64,000 nucleotides of DNA, taken from contig CBDDED010000003.1 in the NCBI GenBank assembly GCA_965226825.1, positions 2,825,642 to 2,889,641 of the forward strand, read 5' to 3'. Shown piece after piece: positions 41,364 through 51,899 of this stretch. The notes below the pieces were generated by a model, which saw only the letters and a program-made list of their open reading frames with translations, was not told the DNA's origin and did not search any database. Position numbers and translations under genes: made by a program. The stretch is from Dehalococcoidia bacterium. GTDB taxonomy: Bacteria > Chloroflexota > Dehalococcoidia > Lucifugimonadales > UBA3495. How positions within the stretch are numbered: the stretch's first letter is position 1; each line of letters opens with the position of its first letter.

Positions 41364-43064
41364 GTGACAACCACTAAGAGGAGCCCCGAAAAAATCCTGC
41401 AAATGAAACACCGCAGCCGGGAAATCACTAGTGACCCGCACCGAGCCCCGGCCCGGTCTTATTTGGCGGCCATGGGCCTGACCCGGGACGACATGGACAA
41501 GCCTTTCGTGTCCATCGCCAACCTCGCCAGCGACGTCACTCCCTGCAACGTCCACCTTGACCGTTTCGCCGTGGCGGCCAAGGAAGGAGTGAGACTGGCC
41601 GACGGTGTGCCCTTCGAGTTCGGCACCATCACAGTCAGCGACGGCATCTCCATGGGGACCGAAGGCATGAAGACCTCATTGGTGAGCCGCGAGGTCATCG
41701 CAGATTCCATCGAGCTGGTCACATTCGGCGAGCGCATGGACGGCCTGATCACCATCGGGGGCTGCGACAAGAACATGCCCGGTTGCCTGATGGCCTCCGC
41801 CCGGCTCAACGTTCCTGCCATCTTTATCTATGGCGGCTCCATCATGCCGGGCCGGTACAACGGCCAGGACGTAAATATCCAGGACGTTTTCGAAGCGGTA
41901 GGCGCATATGCCAAGGGCGATATGACCCTGGAACAGCTTACCGAACTCGAGCGCAGCGCCTGCCCCGGTGAAGGCTCCTGCGCCGGACTGTTCACCGCCA
42001 ACACCATGTCCACCGCCATTGAAGCCATGGGCATGTCGTTGCCCGGCGACGCCTCGATGCCGGCTATCGATCCCAGGAAGGTGGACGAGGCCCGGGAAGC
42101 CGGGGTAGCGATCATGCGGCTGTTGGAGGAAGACCTCCGCCCCCGGGACATTCTGACCAAGCAAGCCTTTGAAAACGCAATAACCGTGGCCGTGTCCATG
42201 GGAGGCTCCACCAACGTGGTGCTGCACCTGTTGGCCATCGCGTGGGAGGCCGGCATTGATCTCACCCTGGAGGACTTCGACCGCATCAGCCGCAACACCC
42301 CCTACGTTGCCGACATGAAGCCCGCCGGCCGTTACGTCATGGCCGACCTCAGCCGCTACGGGGGCGTCGCCCTGGTGATGCGGCGTCTGCTGGCCGCCGG
42401 ATTGCTCCACGGCGACGCAATCACCGTGACCGGCAAGTCCCTGGCGGAGAACCTTCAAGGCTCGGAGACGATCGAGGACCAACCCATCATCACCCAGGTC
42501 GATTCTCCCCGGAGTCCCACGGGGGGATTGGCGATTCTGAGAGGGAACGTGGCCCCGGAAGGCGCGGTGATAAAGGTCGCCGGACACCAGGAGCGCGTCT
42601 ACCAAGGGCCGGCCAGGGTTTTCAATCAGGAGCAGGGCGCTTTCGACGCCATCCAGCGCGGGGAAATTGTGGCAGGAGACATCGTAGTCATCCGCTACGA
42701 GGGCCCCAAGGGCGGCCCCGGCATGCGGGAAATGCTCGCCGTCACCAGCGCCCTTATCGGACGTGGACTGGGTGACGACGTGGCCCTACTCACCGATGGA
42801 AGGTTCTCCGGCGCGTCCCACGGCCCAATGGTGGGCCATGTGGCCCCGGAAGCTGCCGTCGGCGGACCCATCGCCCTGTTGAAGGAGGGGGACGAAGTAA
42901 CCCTGGACATTCCCAACCGCCAGTTGAACGTCAAACTGACTGAGGAAGAGTTCACCGACCGCCAAAAAGCCTGGCAGCCCCTGCCGCCCAACTACACCAG
43001 CGGCGCTCTAGCCAAGTACGCCAAGCTCGTCGGTTCCGCCTCCCAGGGCGCAGTGACCCAATAA
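41364..43064 (+). CDS. ilvD: Dihydroxy-acid dehydratase
   Basis: [65 protein letters not shown]. Confidence 0.96.
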   Translation: MTTTKRSPEKILQMKHRSREITSDPHRAPARSYLAAMGLTRDDMDKPFVSIANLASDVTPCNVHLDRFAVAAKEGVRLADGVPFEFGTITVSDGISMGTEGMKTSLVSREVIADSIELVTFGERMDGLITIGGCDKNMPGCLMASARLNVPAIFIYGGSIMPGRYNGQDVNIQDVFEAVGAYAKGDMTLEQLTELERSACPGEGSCAGLFTANTMSTAIEAMGMSLPGDASMPAIDPRKVDEAREAGVAIMRLLEEDLRPRDILTKQAFENAITVAVSMGGSTNVVLHLLAIAWEAGIDLTLEDFDRISRNTPYVADMKPAGRYVMADLSRYGGVALVMRRLLAAGLLHGDAITVTGKSLAENLQGSETIEDQPIITQVDSPRSPTGGLAILRGNVAPEGAVIKVAGHQERVYQGPARVFNQEQGAFDAIQRGEIVAGDIVVIRYEGPKGGPGMREMLAVTSALIGRGLGDDVALLTDGRFSGASHGPMVGHVAPEAAVGGPIALLKEGDEVTLDIPNRQLNVKLTEEEFTDRQKAWQPLPPNYTSGALAKYAKLVGSASQGAVTQ

Positions 43065-43145
43065 AAACGGTCGCTATTTCGGAGTTTTGCGCCATTTGAC
43101 AGGCATCAACAGAAATCCCGAAATTGCCGCGTCCCAAGGCCGGAC

Positions 43146-43691
43146 ATGCGCAAAGTAGTTCTGTTCATCGCCACCAGTCTGGACGGTTTCATTGCCCGGT
43201 TTTGGTGGGACGTCGACTGGCTGTTTCAGGACCAGGACCAAGACTACGGTTACGACAGCTTGATCGCCGGGACCGATACCGTGGTGATGGGCCGGCGCAC
43301 TTACGACCAAATCCTTACCTTCGGCGACTACCCTTACCACGGCATGTCTGGCTACGTCTTTTCGACCACCCGGAGCGGCGAACGGGATGCCAACGTAGAG
43401 TTTGTTTCCGGCGATGTTGCCCGTTTCATTGCAGGATTGAAAGCAGGACTGAATGCTGGCCCCGGAGAAAATAGCGAGAAGAATATTTGGCTGGTTGGAG
43501 GTGGGGAGTTAAATCAAGCATTCCTGGAGCAGGGCCTGATTGACGAGTTTATTTTGTCCATTCACCCGGTCATCCTTGGGGAAGGCATCCCGCTGTTTCA
43601 GGGCAATTCGCCCTCGCAGGAATTGGACTTTCGCCACTGCCAATCCTTCGAAAACGGCCTGGTACAACTAACCTATGCCCGCAAATCTTGA
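43146..43691 (+). CDS. Dihydrofolate reductase/RibD C-terminal family protein
   Basis: IATSLDGFIA, VMGRRTY, IWLVGGG, IDEFILSIHPVILGEGIPLF. Confidence 0.9.
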   Translation: MRKVVLFIATSLDGFIARFWWDVDWLFQDQDQDYGYDSLIAGTDTVVMGRRTYDQILTFGDYPYHGMSGYVFSTTRSGERDANVEFVSGDVARFIAGLKAGLNAGPGENSEKNIWLVGGGELNQAFLEQGLIDEFILSIHPVILGEGIPLFQGNSPSQELDFRHCQSFENGLVQLTYARKS

Positions 43692-43699
43692 CTCCCCCG

Positions 43700-43918
43700 G
43701 TTGCGACAACCATCTGCCCAATGAAAGACTGCGACCTAATGGCCCCACATATTCCCAACTACCAGATGCCCAACTGCGATTTGAACGTTAAACTAACTGG
43801 AAAAGAATTCCCGGACCGCCGAAAAGACTGGCAGGCACTGCCGCCCAACTACACCAGCGGCACTTTGACCAAGTTCGGTAGGCTCGAGGGTTCTGCCGTC
43901 CAAGGTACTGTAACCAAG
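43700..43918 (+). pseudogene. Degenerate duplicate of the ilvD 3' end
   Basis: [45 protein letters not shown] versus ilv[46 protein letters not shown]. Confidence 0.85.
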
Positions 43919-43980
43919 TTTGGGACTCGGCGGGCTCAACTTGTTGGTCTAGATACCCAAGGGGTAGGAGCACAAACTTG

Positions 43981-45045
43981 ATGACCGAACCTGAGGATTC
44001 AATCGAACGAATAGAATCGGAGGAAGAAGACCTCGATTTCAGCACTCCCGTTTACCCAATCAAGTCCTACCCTTCCGATCCGGACTTAGAGACACTTCAC
44101 TCAAGATGGAAGCGCGGCGAGATTATTATCCCCACCTTCCAGCGTGGGTTTGTTTGGAAACCCGCTCAGGCAAGCCGACTAATTGAATCGTTCCTAATGG
44201 GATTGCCGGTTCCCGGCATCTTTGTATTCGTAGAGGGTCGTGACCAGGGAGAAGGCAGTCAAAGGCAATTGGTAATTGACGGCCAACAACGGTTGCGGAG
44301 CGTATTCGGGTTTCTCGACGGCAATCTGCCTGACGGAAGAGTTTTCTCGCTAACCGGCGTAGACGATCGGTGGGAGAGCAAAAAATTCGTGGACCTTGAA
44401 CCTGCCGAGCAGAGAACCTTGCTGTATTCGGTGCTTAGGGTTATCAACATCGAACAAGGGGAACCCGAAGACGACAGTTCAAGCATTTATCAAATTTTCG
44501 AACGGCTGAACACGGGTGGAACTACCCTCACCCCTCAGGAAATACGGAATAGTTCCTACCATGGTCCATTCAACGACATGCTGCTGGAGACGAACCAAAA
44601 TCCTATTTGGCGGGACGTATTCGGTGTCTCGCAACCCGACTCCAGAATGCGGGACATCGAAATGATAGCGCGATTTCTGGCCTTGTACGAAGGTCCTGAT
44701 TCATACGCCAAGCCGATGAAGAAATTCATTAACGATTACATGGAGACCCATAAGAAGGAATCAAACCCTGAAACGTACCAGAGCATCTTCCTCGATTCCG
44801 CGCATCGCGTGGTATCTTCCTTGGGTAAACGGCCCTTCCATGTACGACGGGGCATCAACGTCGCGGTATACGACGCCACTATGGTAGCATTCGCTACGTC
44901 GGATTCAACACCACCTAACATCTCTGAGCGATATAAGATCCTATTGGCGGATGACAGTTTCACTAAAGCTACGACTTCGGGCACAACTGATGTTGACACT
45001 GTTAGGGAGCGGTTGGAAATTGCTCGCCGAATTCTTTTCGGATAA
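43981..45045 (+). CDS. DUF262 (ParB/GmrS-like) domain protein
   Basis: IPTFQRGFVW, LIESFLMGLPVP, LVIDGQQRL, IFERLNTGG. Confidence 0.9.
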   Translation: MTEPEDSIERIESEEEDLDFSTPVYPIKSYPSDPDLETLHSRWKRGEIIIPTFQRGFVWKPAQASRLIESFLMGLPVPGIFVFVEGRDQGEGSQRQLVIDGQQRLRSVFGFLDGNLPDGRVFSLTGVDDRWESKKFVDLEPAEQRTLLYSVLRVINIEQGEPEDDSSSIYQIFERLNTGGTTLTPQEIRNSSYHGPFNDMLLETNQNPIWRDVFGVSQPDSRMRDIEMIARFLALYEGPDSYAKPMKKFINDYMETHKKESNPETYQSIFLDSAHRVVSSLGKRPFHVRRGINVAVYDATMVAFATSDSTPPNISERYKILLADDSFTKATTSGTTDVDTVRERLEIARRILFG

Positions 45046-45563
45046 TGCTCCAAGACGCTTATGTGGCACAAAGGTGCTCCGAGATTGAGAGTAGTCTTCG
45101 ATATGCGGCCAACAAATCCAGAACTGACCCAGAGTTAGGGGGCCATCTAGCATCTTATATCAGTGTGCTGATATCCGGCGTGGTCGAGGACTCCATAGAG
45201 CACCTAGTAGTCGAACGGGCAAGGAAGGCAAACGATACCCAGCTTCAGGAGTTCGTCCGATCTTCAATAGGCCAGCAATTCAGAAATCCCCGCTCGCAAG
45301 ATATAGCGAATGTCTTGGGGAGATTCAGCGAGAACTACCAAGGTTCATACCAGCGTTCGGTCAGCCGAGCAGCACGGGAGGCGCTAGGCAGCATCGTCGG
45401 GAACCGGATGTCCCTGGCACACCGTGGCGCGTCGCAATTGAGTCTAACCGTCAATGATGTCCGCATGTATTTCGAGTTGATAATTGAGATATTGACAGTT
45501 GTAGAGAGTATATTGTTATCGGACAACCAAGCCAATGAGATTGCCCACGAAAGTCCGGAATAG
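45045..45563 (+). CDS. HEPN-domain protein (RiboL-PSP/MAE_28990-like)
   Basis: N-terminal ISGVVE helix and R-x4-H motif RMSLAH; 1-bp stop/start overlap with DUF262. Confidence 0.75.
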   Translation: MLQDAYVAQRCSEIESSLRYAANKSRTDPELGGHLASYISVLISGVVEDSIEHLVVERARKANDTQLQEFVRSSIGQQFRNPRSQDIANVLGRFSENYQGSYQRSVSRAAREALGSIVGNRMSLAHRGASQLSLTVNDVRMYFELIIEILTVVESILLSDNQANEIAHESPE

Positions 45564-45613
45564 CCGGGCTCACACCCTTTTTCTCACGATAATAGCTCAA
45601 AAGGAGAAAAACC

Positions 45614-46762
45614 ATGACCATGGACTACGGAGCGATAGCCATCGAGCGCCACCGGGAGAGTCGCGGCAAGGTGAGTATCGCCTCCAAGATGAAAGTGGAG
45701 ACCCTGGAGGACCTGTCTATTGCATACACTCCGGGTGTGGCCTCCGTCTGCATGGCCATCCATGCCGATAAGTCGCAATCGTACCTGCTGACCAACCGCA
45801 GCAACACCATCGCCGTGATCACTGACGGCTCGGCGGTGTTGGGCCTGGGCAACATCGGCGCCGAAGCAGCCATGCCTGTAATGGAAGGCAAGTCCATTCT
45901 ATTTAAGACGTTGGCCGATGTGGACGCCTATCCAATCTGCATCGCCTCCCAGGATAACGACATAATTATCCAGACTGCGCGCGCCATCGCCCCCAGCCTG
46001 GGCGGCATCAACCTTGAGGACATCGCCGCTCCCCGTTGCTTTGAAATAGAAGACGCCCTGCAGGACCTGGGAATCCCCGTGTTTCACGACGACCAACACG
46101 GCACCGCCGTAGCCGTGCTGGCGGCCGTCATCAATGCCCTGGAAGTCACCGGACGAAAGATTGAAGACAGTAAGTTCGTTTTCGCCGGGGCCGGCGCCGG
46201 AGGCATCGCTTCGACCAAGCTGTTGTTGGACTTCGGAGCAACCAACGTTGTGCTGGTGGACAGCGTCGGAATCATCCACCGGAACCGCACCGACCTCACC
46301 CCAATCAAGACCTCCATGTTGGACATCACCAATCCCGACAACCTGGAGGGAGGCCTGGCCGAAGCCATGGCGGGCGCAGACGTGTTCATCGGCCTGGCTG
46401 TCGCCGACCTGGTAACCCAGGAGATGGTCGCCTCCATGGCCAAGGACTCCATCGTTTTTGCCATGGCGAATCCCGTTCCCGAAATCATGCCCGACCTGGC
46501 CCGCGCCGGCGGGGCCCGCGTGGTGGGCACCGGTCGCAGCGACTTCCCCAACCAGATAAACAACAGCCTGGTGTTCCCCGGTGTGTTCCGTGGCGCCCTG
46601 GATGCCCGGGCCACCCGGATTACCACCAAGATGAAGCTGTCGGCAGCCCAGGCATTGGCCGCCATGGTGCCGGAGGTTACCGCCGAGTGCGTCATCCCCT
46701 GGTCGTTGGACAAGGAAGTAGCCAAAGTAGTGGCCAGGGCGACTGCAGAAGCCTGGGGCTAA
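45614..46762 (+). CDS. NAD(P)-dependent malic enzyme
   Basis: AYTPGVA, TDGSAVLGLGNIG, PVMEGK, INLEDI, FHDDQHGT, AMANPVPE, TGRSDFPNQINN. Confidence 0.95.
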   Translation: MTMDYGAIAIERHRESRGKVSIASKMKVETLEDLSIAYTPGVASVCMAIHADKSQSYLLTNRSNTIAVITDGSAVLGLGNIGAEAAMPVMEGKSILFKTLADVDAYPICIASQDNDIIIQTARAIAPSLGGINLEDIAAPRCFEIEDALQDLGIPVFHDDQHGTAVAVLAAVINALEVTGRKIEDSKFVFAGAGAGGIASTKLLLDFGATNVVLVDSVGIIHRNRTDLTPIKTSMLDITNPDNLEGGLAEAMAGADVFIGLAVADLVTQEMVASMAKDSIVFAMANPVPEIMPDLARAGGARVVGTGRSDFPNQINNSLVFPGVFRGALDARATRITTKMKLSAAQALAAMVPEVTAECVIPWSLDKEVAKVVARATAEAWG

Positions 46763-46779
46763 GCCCCTTATTCCCCGGT

Positions 46780-47001
46780 CAGGGCTTTTCAACAGTCCCC
46801 CGTCATTCTCACCGCAGTGGGAATCCAGAGCCCTGACTATGCGCCATGCCGGTTATGCCGCCCAAGAAGCGCCAGGTGGACAGGTCGACGCCGCACCTGG
46901 ACCATTGCTGCAAACCCGCATCAGATTGGATCGGAGAAAGGGCTCTGAGTTCCCGCTGTCGCAGGTGACCGGGGAGAATTAATGACAATCGGATGCACCA
47001 A
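46780..47001. mobile_element. MITE family B copy (right end decayed)
   Basis: CAGGGCTTTTCAACAGTC left end, REP-pair cassette, flanks ATTCCCCGGT/TATCCCCGGT. Confidence 0.65.
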
Positions 47002-47169
47002 TATCCCCGGTGCATCCCCCTGAAAGCGCCGGGCGGAAAAAGTTGGGAGCGAAATGCTCGACCGCATCCGCCCCAACCTGGTTACCCCGGTTCTTCGCCA
47101 GTATGCGAGGGGGATTTGCGGGATTTAGCAAGGTTTAGCGGCGAACCCTGCTCCCAACGGAGGACCAAC

Positions 47170-47973
47170 ATAGCTTCAGACTTGGTACCTCTCAAGATTG
47201 ACCGTGCCGTGGGTCTCATCACCCTCAACCGACCGGAGGCCCGCAACGCCTTTTCCCAGGAAATGCTGGCCCGCCTCTCCGCGGCGTTGGACGAGTGCCG
47301 CTCCAGTGAGGTGAGGTCGGTCCTGCTGACCGGGTCCGGCGAGGCTTTTTGCTCGGGGGCTGACGTGCGAGAGTTCACCAGTCAGCTCAACTCCGGCGGG
47401 CCCGCGGGAATTTCGGACCACTTGCGGGAACTTGCCGGATTTTTCCACGACAAGGTGATTTTGCCGATACGGCAACTGGAAAAACCGGTGGTGGCAGGAG
47501 TCAACGGGGTGGCTGCCGGGGGCGGGTTCAGCCTGATGGCCGCCTGCGACCTGCGGGTGGCCGCCGACAATGCCAGGTTTTTGATGGCTTACGCCAACAT
47601 CGGAGCCACCGCAGACGGCGGGTCCACCTTTTTTCTGCCCCGTCTGATCGGGACCAGCCGGGCCATGGAATTGTACCTGTCGAACCAGCCGTTGAGCGCA
47701 GAAGCGGCCCTGTCCATGGGTCTGGTCAGCCAGGTTTTCCCGGCGGCGGATTTCAACCAACGCGCCATGGAAACGGCTCTACGCCTCGCCCAGGGGCCCA
47801 CCGTTGCCTACGCCAAGGTCAAGGCCATGTTCGAGTCCACCTGGCAGGCGGGGCTGGAGACCCAGTTGGACCAGGAAACCGATTTCATCTCCGACATCGC
47901 CCTGACCCACGACTTTCAAGACGGGATCCGGGCATTTTCCGAGAAGCGCCGGCCGGAGTTTAACGGGAGTTGA
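47170..47973 (+). CDS. Enoyl-CoA hydratase/isomerase (PaaG-like); start uncertain (ATA 47170 or TTG 47182)
   Basis: ITLNRPEARNA, AFCSGAD, VNGVAAGGG, DFQDGIRAFSEKRRPEF. Confidence 0.9.
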   Translation: MASDLVPLKIDRAVGLITLNRPEARNAFSQEMLARLSAALDECRSSEVRSVLLTGSGEAFCSGADVREFTSQLNSGGPAGISDHLRELAGFFHDKVILPIRQLEKPVVAGVNGVAAGGGFSLMAACDLRVAADNARFLMAYANIGATADGGSTFFLPRLIGTSRAMELYLSNQPLSAEAALSMGLVSQVFPAADFNQRAMETALRLAQGPTVAYAKVKAMFESTWQAGLETQLDQETDFISDIALTHDFQDGIRAFSEKRRPEFNGS

Positions 47974-48002
47974 CCCCCTCCACGCTGGGGTGTTTCCTGG
48001 GG

Positions 48003-50519
48003 CTACTTCAGTTGGACCATCGTGACGCCTTCACCGCCCGCCCCTTCTCCCGGACCCGATTCAACCACCAAGGGATGCCCTAGCAGGTACTCCCGGATTG
48101 CCCGGCGCAAAGCCCCCGTGCCCTTGCCGTGAATTATCTTAATCTCGGCCGATTCGTCCAGGGCCGCGTCGTTCAGCAAGGTTTCCACCTGGTCCAGGGC
48201 CGTTTCCACCCTCAAACCCCTCAGGTCGATTTCGTTGCCGGCTGGGCGGCGGGGTTTACGGTCTACGTGAAAGTCCCGGGGGCTAGGGGTTGGCTGCACG
48301 GCCTGCGCCGGACGCTCCAGTTGGTACACCGGAATTTTGGCCCGCATCGCGCCCAGAAGCACCTCTATCTGGCCCTGCCCGTCGGCTTCAGACACCACCT
48401 CCAACGGTCGGGCAATCCCCCGCACGTACACCCGGTCGCCGGGGGCAACTTGCCCTTGCCATTCCGGCCGCAGGACCGGGATGGGCTGCCATTGGGGGTT
48501 GTCCAGGGCCCGGCGAACCTGCTCCAGGTTGTCTCTCTGCTCCCTTAACTGAATCCTGGGTTGTTGAGTCCTGGGCTGGCCCGCCGCGGGTTCTTGTTCC
48601 CGCCAGGCCCGCTCCAGAACGCGTTCCGCATCCTGGATTTGGGCCGAGAGAGCCCCGGTCCGGTCCTGCAGCTCCCGCCGCGCCTGCTCCACCAGGTCCA
48701 GTTTCGCCGACTCCACGTTGGCCAGTTCGGTCTCGATCCGCGCCTGCTGTTCCCTGGCGGAGGCCGCCGATTCCTCGGCTTCCCGGCGCAGGTCCTCCAC
48801 CACAACCCGTTCACGTTGCAATTCCCCCAGGAGGTTCTCGGTAGCCAGTTCCACCGGAGAGAGGGAGGTCCGCGCCTGCTCGACAATCGCTTCCGGCATC
48901 CCCAAGCGGCTGGCAATAGTCAACGCGTAGCTCCGTCCGGGCAACCCCTGGGTGACCCGGTAGGTCGGCTCCAGGGTCTGAGGATGAAGATCGACGCTCG
49001 CGTTGACCATGCCTGGGGTTTCCTGGACGTAGCGGGCCACGCCGCGGTGATGGGTTGTGGCCACTAGCAGCAGCCCCATCTCCTGAAAATGCGACAAAAT
49101 TGATTTAGCCAGCGCAGACCCTTCCTCCGGATCGGTGCTGGTCCCCAGTTCGTCCAGCAGCACCAATGACCGGTCGGTCGCCCGGCCCATGATCGAGAGG
49201 ATGTTGCTGATATGGGAGCTGAACGTGGAGAGGGATTGCTCAATACTCTGCTGGTCGCCAATATCGGCATACACGCCGTCGAGGGCGGGAAATCTGGCCT
49301 GTTCCGCCGGCACGTGCAGACCGGCGTGAGCCATCAGCGCCAGCAACCCCGCCGTTTTCAGCGCCACGGTCTTGCCCCCGGCATTGGGCCCGGTAATTAG
49401 CATCACCGTCTGCGCGGCGCCCAAACTCACGCTGATCGGCACCACGTCGCCCGACAGAAGCGGATGCCGCGCCGCGGTGAGCGCCAACCGGCGTTCGGCC
49501 ATGGCGCCGCCGGGGTTTCCTGCGTCGATGCCTTGGAGTGTATCCAAGGGGCGGGAAACCGACGGCTCAATGGCCTTCAGGGCTATGGACTGCCGCCCTT
49601 TGGCCATTGCAAGGTCCAACCGGGCCAACAGGTCCAGCAGCAGCAGCAGGTCTTGCCCGGCCATGCCCACCCGTGTCGACAGTTGCCGGAGAATACGCTC
49701 CTCCTCGCGTTCTTCTGCCCGGCGCACTTCCCGCCAGCGGTTCCCCAGTTCAATAGCCGGCATGGGCTCAATGAACACCGTTGCGCCGCTGTCGGAAACG
49801 TCGTGGACAATGCCCGGAGCCTTGGACCGCATGTCGGCTTTAATCAGCAAAACCAGCCGGCCGTTGCGCTCGGTGATGATGGGTTCTTGGACCACCTCCT
49901 GCGCCTGAAACCGCCGGAGGCTCCGCTCCATGGTCTGGTTCAACCGCTGGTAAGCGGCCCGGGTTGCCTGCCTCAGGTCTCTCAAAGACGGGCTGGCGTC
50001 GTCCAGAACTTCTCCGGCTACACTGATGGCCGAGAAAATCTCCCGGGCCAAGTCTCCCGGGTCCGGCAGGTTTTCCGCAACGCTCGAAATAAGAGGCAAT
50101 TCCTCGTGGCGCAGCAGCGCCGCGCGGTTGGACCGCGCCGCCTCAACCAGCAGCCGGGTGGAGTGCAACTCATGGCCCCGGAGCAAGCCCCCCAGAATCG
50201 CCCGTTGGAAATACTCCTGGAAATCGACGCCGGGCCCAAACTCCAGGCCGCCCCCCGATTCCAGAAAACGGCGGGCCTCGCTGGTCTCCTGTTGCCGGGT
50301 GGCAATCTCCAGCACATCCGAGACCGGCGCCAATTCCCGAGCGCGTTGGCGTCCCAACACGGTGCGGACAAACCCGGAAAGTCCGTCTCGAATTTGATCG
50401 AACTCCAACAGGCCGGCCGCCTGGGAAAACCCGTCCAACGCACCGCTTAATGCAATGGTGGCCCCGCCCGAATCCGAAGCTGAATTTACCTGCGTTTGGT
50501 CCTCTCTTTTATTCGTCAC
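48003..50519 (-). CDS. mutS2: MutS2 (endonuclease / ribosome-collision factor family)
   Basis: GIVHDVSDSGATVFIEP, Walker A TGPNAGGKT, DIGDQQSIEQSLSTFS, LLDELGTSTDPEEG, coiled coil, KOW-like PGDRVYV, Smr domain IDLRG...IIHGKGTG. Confidence 0.95.
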   Translation of the reverse strand: MTNKREDQTQVNSASDSGGATIALSGALDGFSQAAGLLEFDQIRDGLSGFVRTVLGRQRARELAPVSDVLEIATRQQETSEARRFLESGGGLEFGPGVDFQEYFQRAILGGLLRGHELHSTRLLVEAARSNRAALLRHEELPLISSVAENLPDPGDLAREIFSAISVAGEVLDDASPSLRDLRQATRAAYQRLNQTMERSLRRFQAQEVVQEPIITERNGRLVLLIKADMRSKAPGIVHDVSDSGATVFIEPMPAIELGNRWREVRRAEEREEERILRQLSTRVGMAGQDLLLLLDLLARLDLAMAKGRQSIALKAIEPSVSRPLDTLQGIDAGNPGGAMAERRLALTAARHPLLSGDVVPISVSLGAAQTVMLITGPNAGGKTVALKTAGLLALMAHAGLHVPAEQARFPALDGVYADIGDQQSIEQSLSTFSSHISNILSIMGRATDRSLVLLDELGTSTDPEEGSALAKSILSHFQEMGLLLVATTHHRGVARYVQETPGMVNASVDLHPQTLEPTYRVTQGLPGRSYALTIASRLGMPEAIVEQARTSLSPVELATENLLGELQRERVVVEDLRREAEESAASAREQQARIETELANVESAKLDLVEQARRELQDRTGALSAQIQDAERVLERAWREQEPAAGQPRTQQPRIQLREQRDNLEQVRRALDNPQWQPIPVLRPEWQGQVAPGDRVYVRGIARPLEVVSEADGQGQIEVLLGAMRAKIPVYQLERPAQAVQPTPSPRDFHVDRKPRRPAGNEIDLRGLRVETALDQVETLLNDAALDESAEIKIIHGKGTGALRRAIREYLLGHPLVVESGPGEGAGGEGVTMVQLK

Positions 50520-50564
50520 ATCTCCTCAGTGACCCGGAATTCGCTCCTGTTGCATCCCCACCAA

Positions 50565-51344
50565 TCACCAGTCAAGGGGCCATACCCGGCTGTCCCAAAG
50601 CATCTCCCCGACCTTTTCCAGGGTGTCCCGCTTGGGGTCTCTAACGTTCAGACGCCTTCCCTGGAGTATCTTCCGGTGACGCTGCAAGAACGGACACGAC
50701 TTCAGGAAGCCATTCAGCGTGGAGCTTTCTCCACCCAGCACGATGTAGTCCAAAGCGCCAACGTAGGGCGTCAACTGCGCCTCCATCGCCCGGCAGGCCG
50801 AGCCGTAGATGCTTTGAATCTGCCCCTCTCGAATCCGGGAAAACCGTTTTTGAGAGGTCCCCCCGGCGCTGTGGCGCCCCTTCACGTACCGGCTGTCAGT
50901 CTTGCTGGAAAGCAATTTCTGGCCCTGGAACACCGCCGCCGAGAACCTTCCCAACCGGAGCAGCACCACGCCAATAGTGTGGTCCGCATCCAGCAGGGTC
51001 AACAACGGCTGTTGGTCCCACGGTTCGCCAATTCGGTTTTCCGGCACGGGAAACGGCGGAGCCAGGACCAAACCCCGCGGCCCGTTCCTCAGGCACACCA
51101 ACCCGGTTTCCAATTGAAGCACGTCGGCCTTCAGAGACGCCAGGTGCACCAGCCACTGGGCCCCCAGGTCACTCTGGGTCTTCAAAAATGCCTGGGCCTC
51201 CCCGGGTTTGAGGTAAACCGATGAGGTCGAAGCCGCGTTGTCCATCCCCGGCGGCTGCACCCAACCGCCGAGCATTCGGACCAACCCATCTTTGCCGATC
51301 AATTGCCCCGGTTGAACCCGGAAGGTTTCAACGCCTTCTGCCAT
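50565..51344 (-). CDS. acVLRF1 / Vms1-ANKZF1-like (eRF1-fold) peptidyl-tRNA release factor
   Basis: LAPPFP, GVVLLRLGRFSAAVF, catalytic-loop-like VKGRHSAGGTSQKRFSRIRE, YIVLGG. Confidence 0.82.
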   Translation of the reverse strand: MAEGVETFRVQPGQLIGKDGLVRMLGGWVQPPGMDNAASTSSVYLKPGEAQAFLKTQSDLGAQWLVHLASLKADVLQLETGLVCLRNGPRGLVLAPPFPVPENRIGEPWDQQPLLTLLDADHTIGVVLLRLGRFSAAVFQGQKLLSSKTDSRYVKGRHSAGGTSQKRFSRIREGQIQSIYGSACRAMEAQLTPYVGALDYIVLGGESSTLNGFLKSCPFLQRHRKILQGRRLNVRDPKRDTLEKVGEMLWDSRVWPLDW

Positions 51345-51502
51345 TGACACTCCCACGAGTAGTTCCGCTCAAATTGTAACATTGGCCCTTCTACCCCCGA
51401 ATCAACCCCCCACCAACCCCACCTCCGTTCGACACCCAACAAAAAAAGTTTCGCGCAGCTTTTCCAATAGCGGGTACCTCGTCCCCAACCTCAAACGGCT
51501 AC

Positions 51503-51773
51503 TAAGGCCTTTCCATTGTCCCCCGTAATTCTCGCCGCAGCGGGAATCCAGAACCCTGATTATGTGCCAAGACTGTTATGCCAACTAAGACGCGCCGGAT
51601 GGACAGGTCGACGTCCCACTTGGAACATTCCTGCAGACACGCTCCAGGTTGGATGGGGAAAAGGGCTCTGGATTCCCGCTGCGGCGAGAATGACGGGGTA
51701 GGAGTCAAAATTGGCTCCAGCTTCCTGTTGCGGCAAGAGCGACGGGGGATTCGATGATAATCGACAGACCCTA
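51503..51773. mobile_element. MITE family B copy with REP-pair cassette
   Basis: TAAGGCCTTTCCATTGTC...GATAATCGACAGACCCTA; perfect AACGGCTAC duplication on both sides. Confidence 0.85.
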
Positions 51774-51899
51774 AACGGCTACCGTTGGAATTGCTTGGGG
51801 AATTCGATTTTGCTACACTAGCCCTCACTCCCGTCGGGTTAAACGCCCCGGCAAATGCTCCGAAAAATCCGTCTCAGATGGTCCCTCAAAGGAGTCAAC

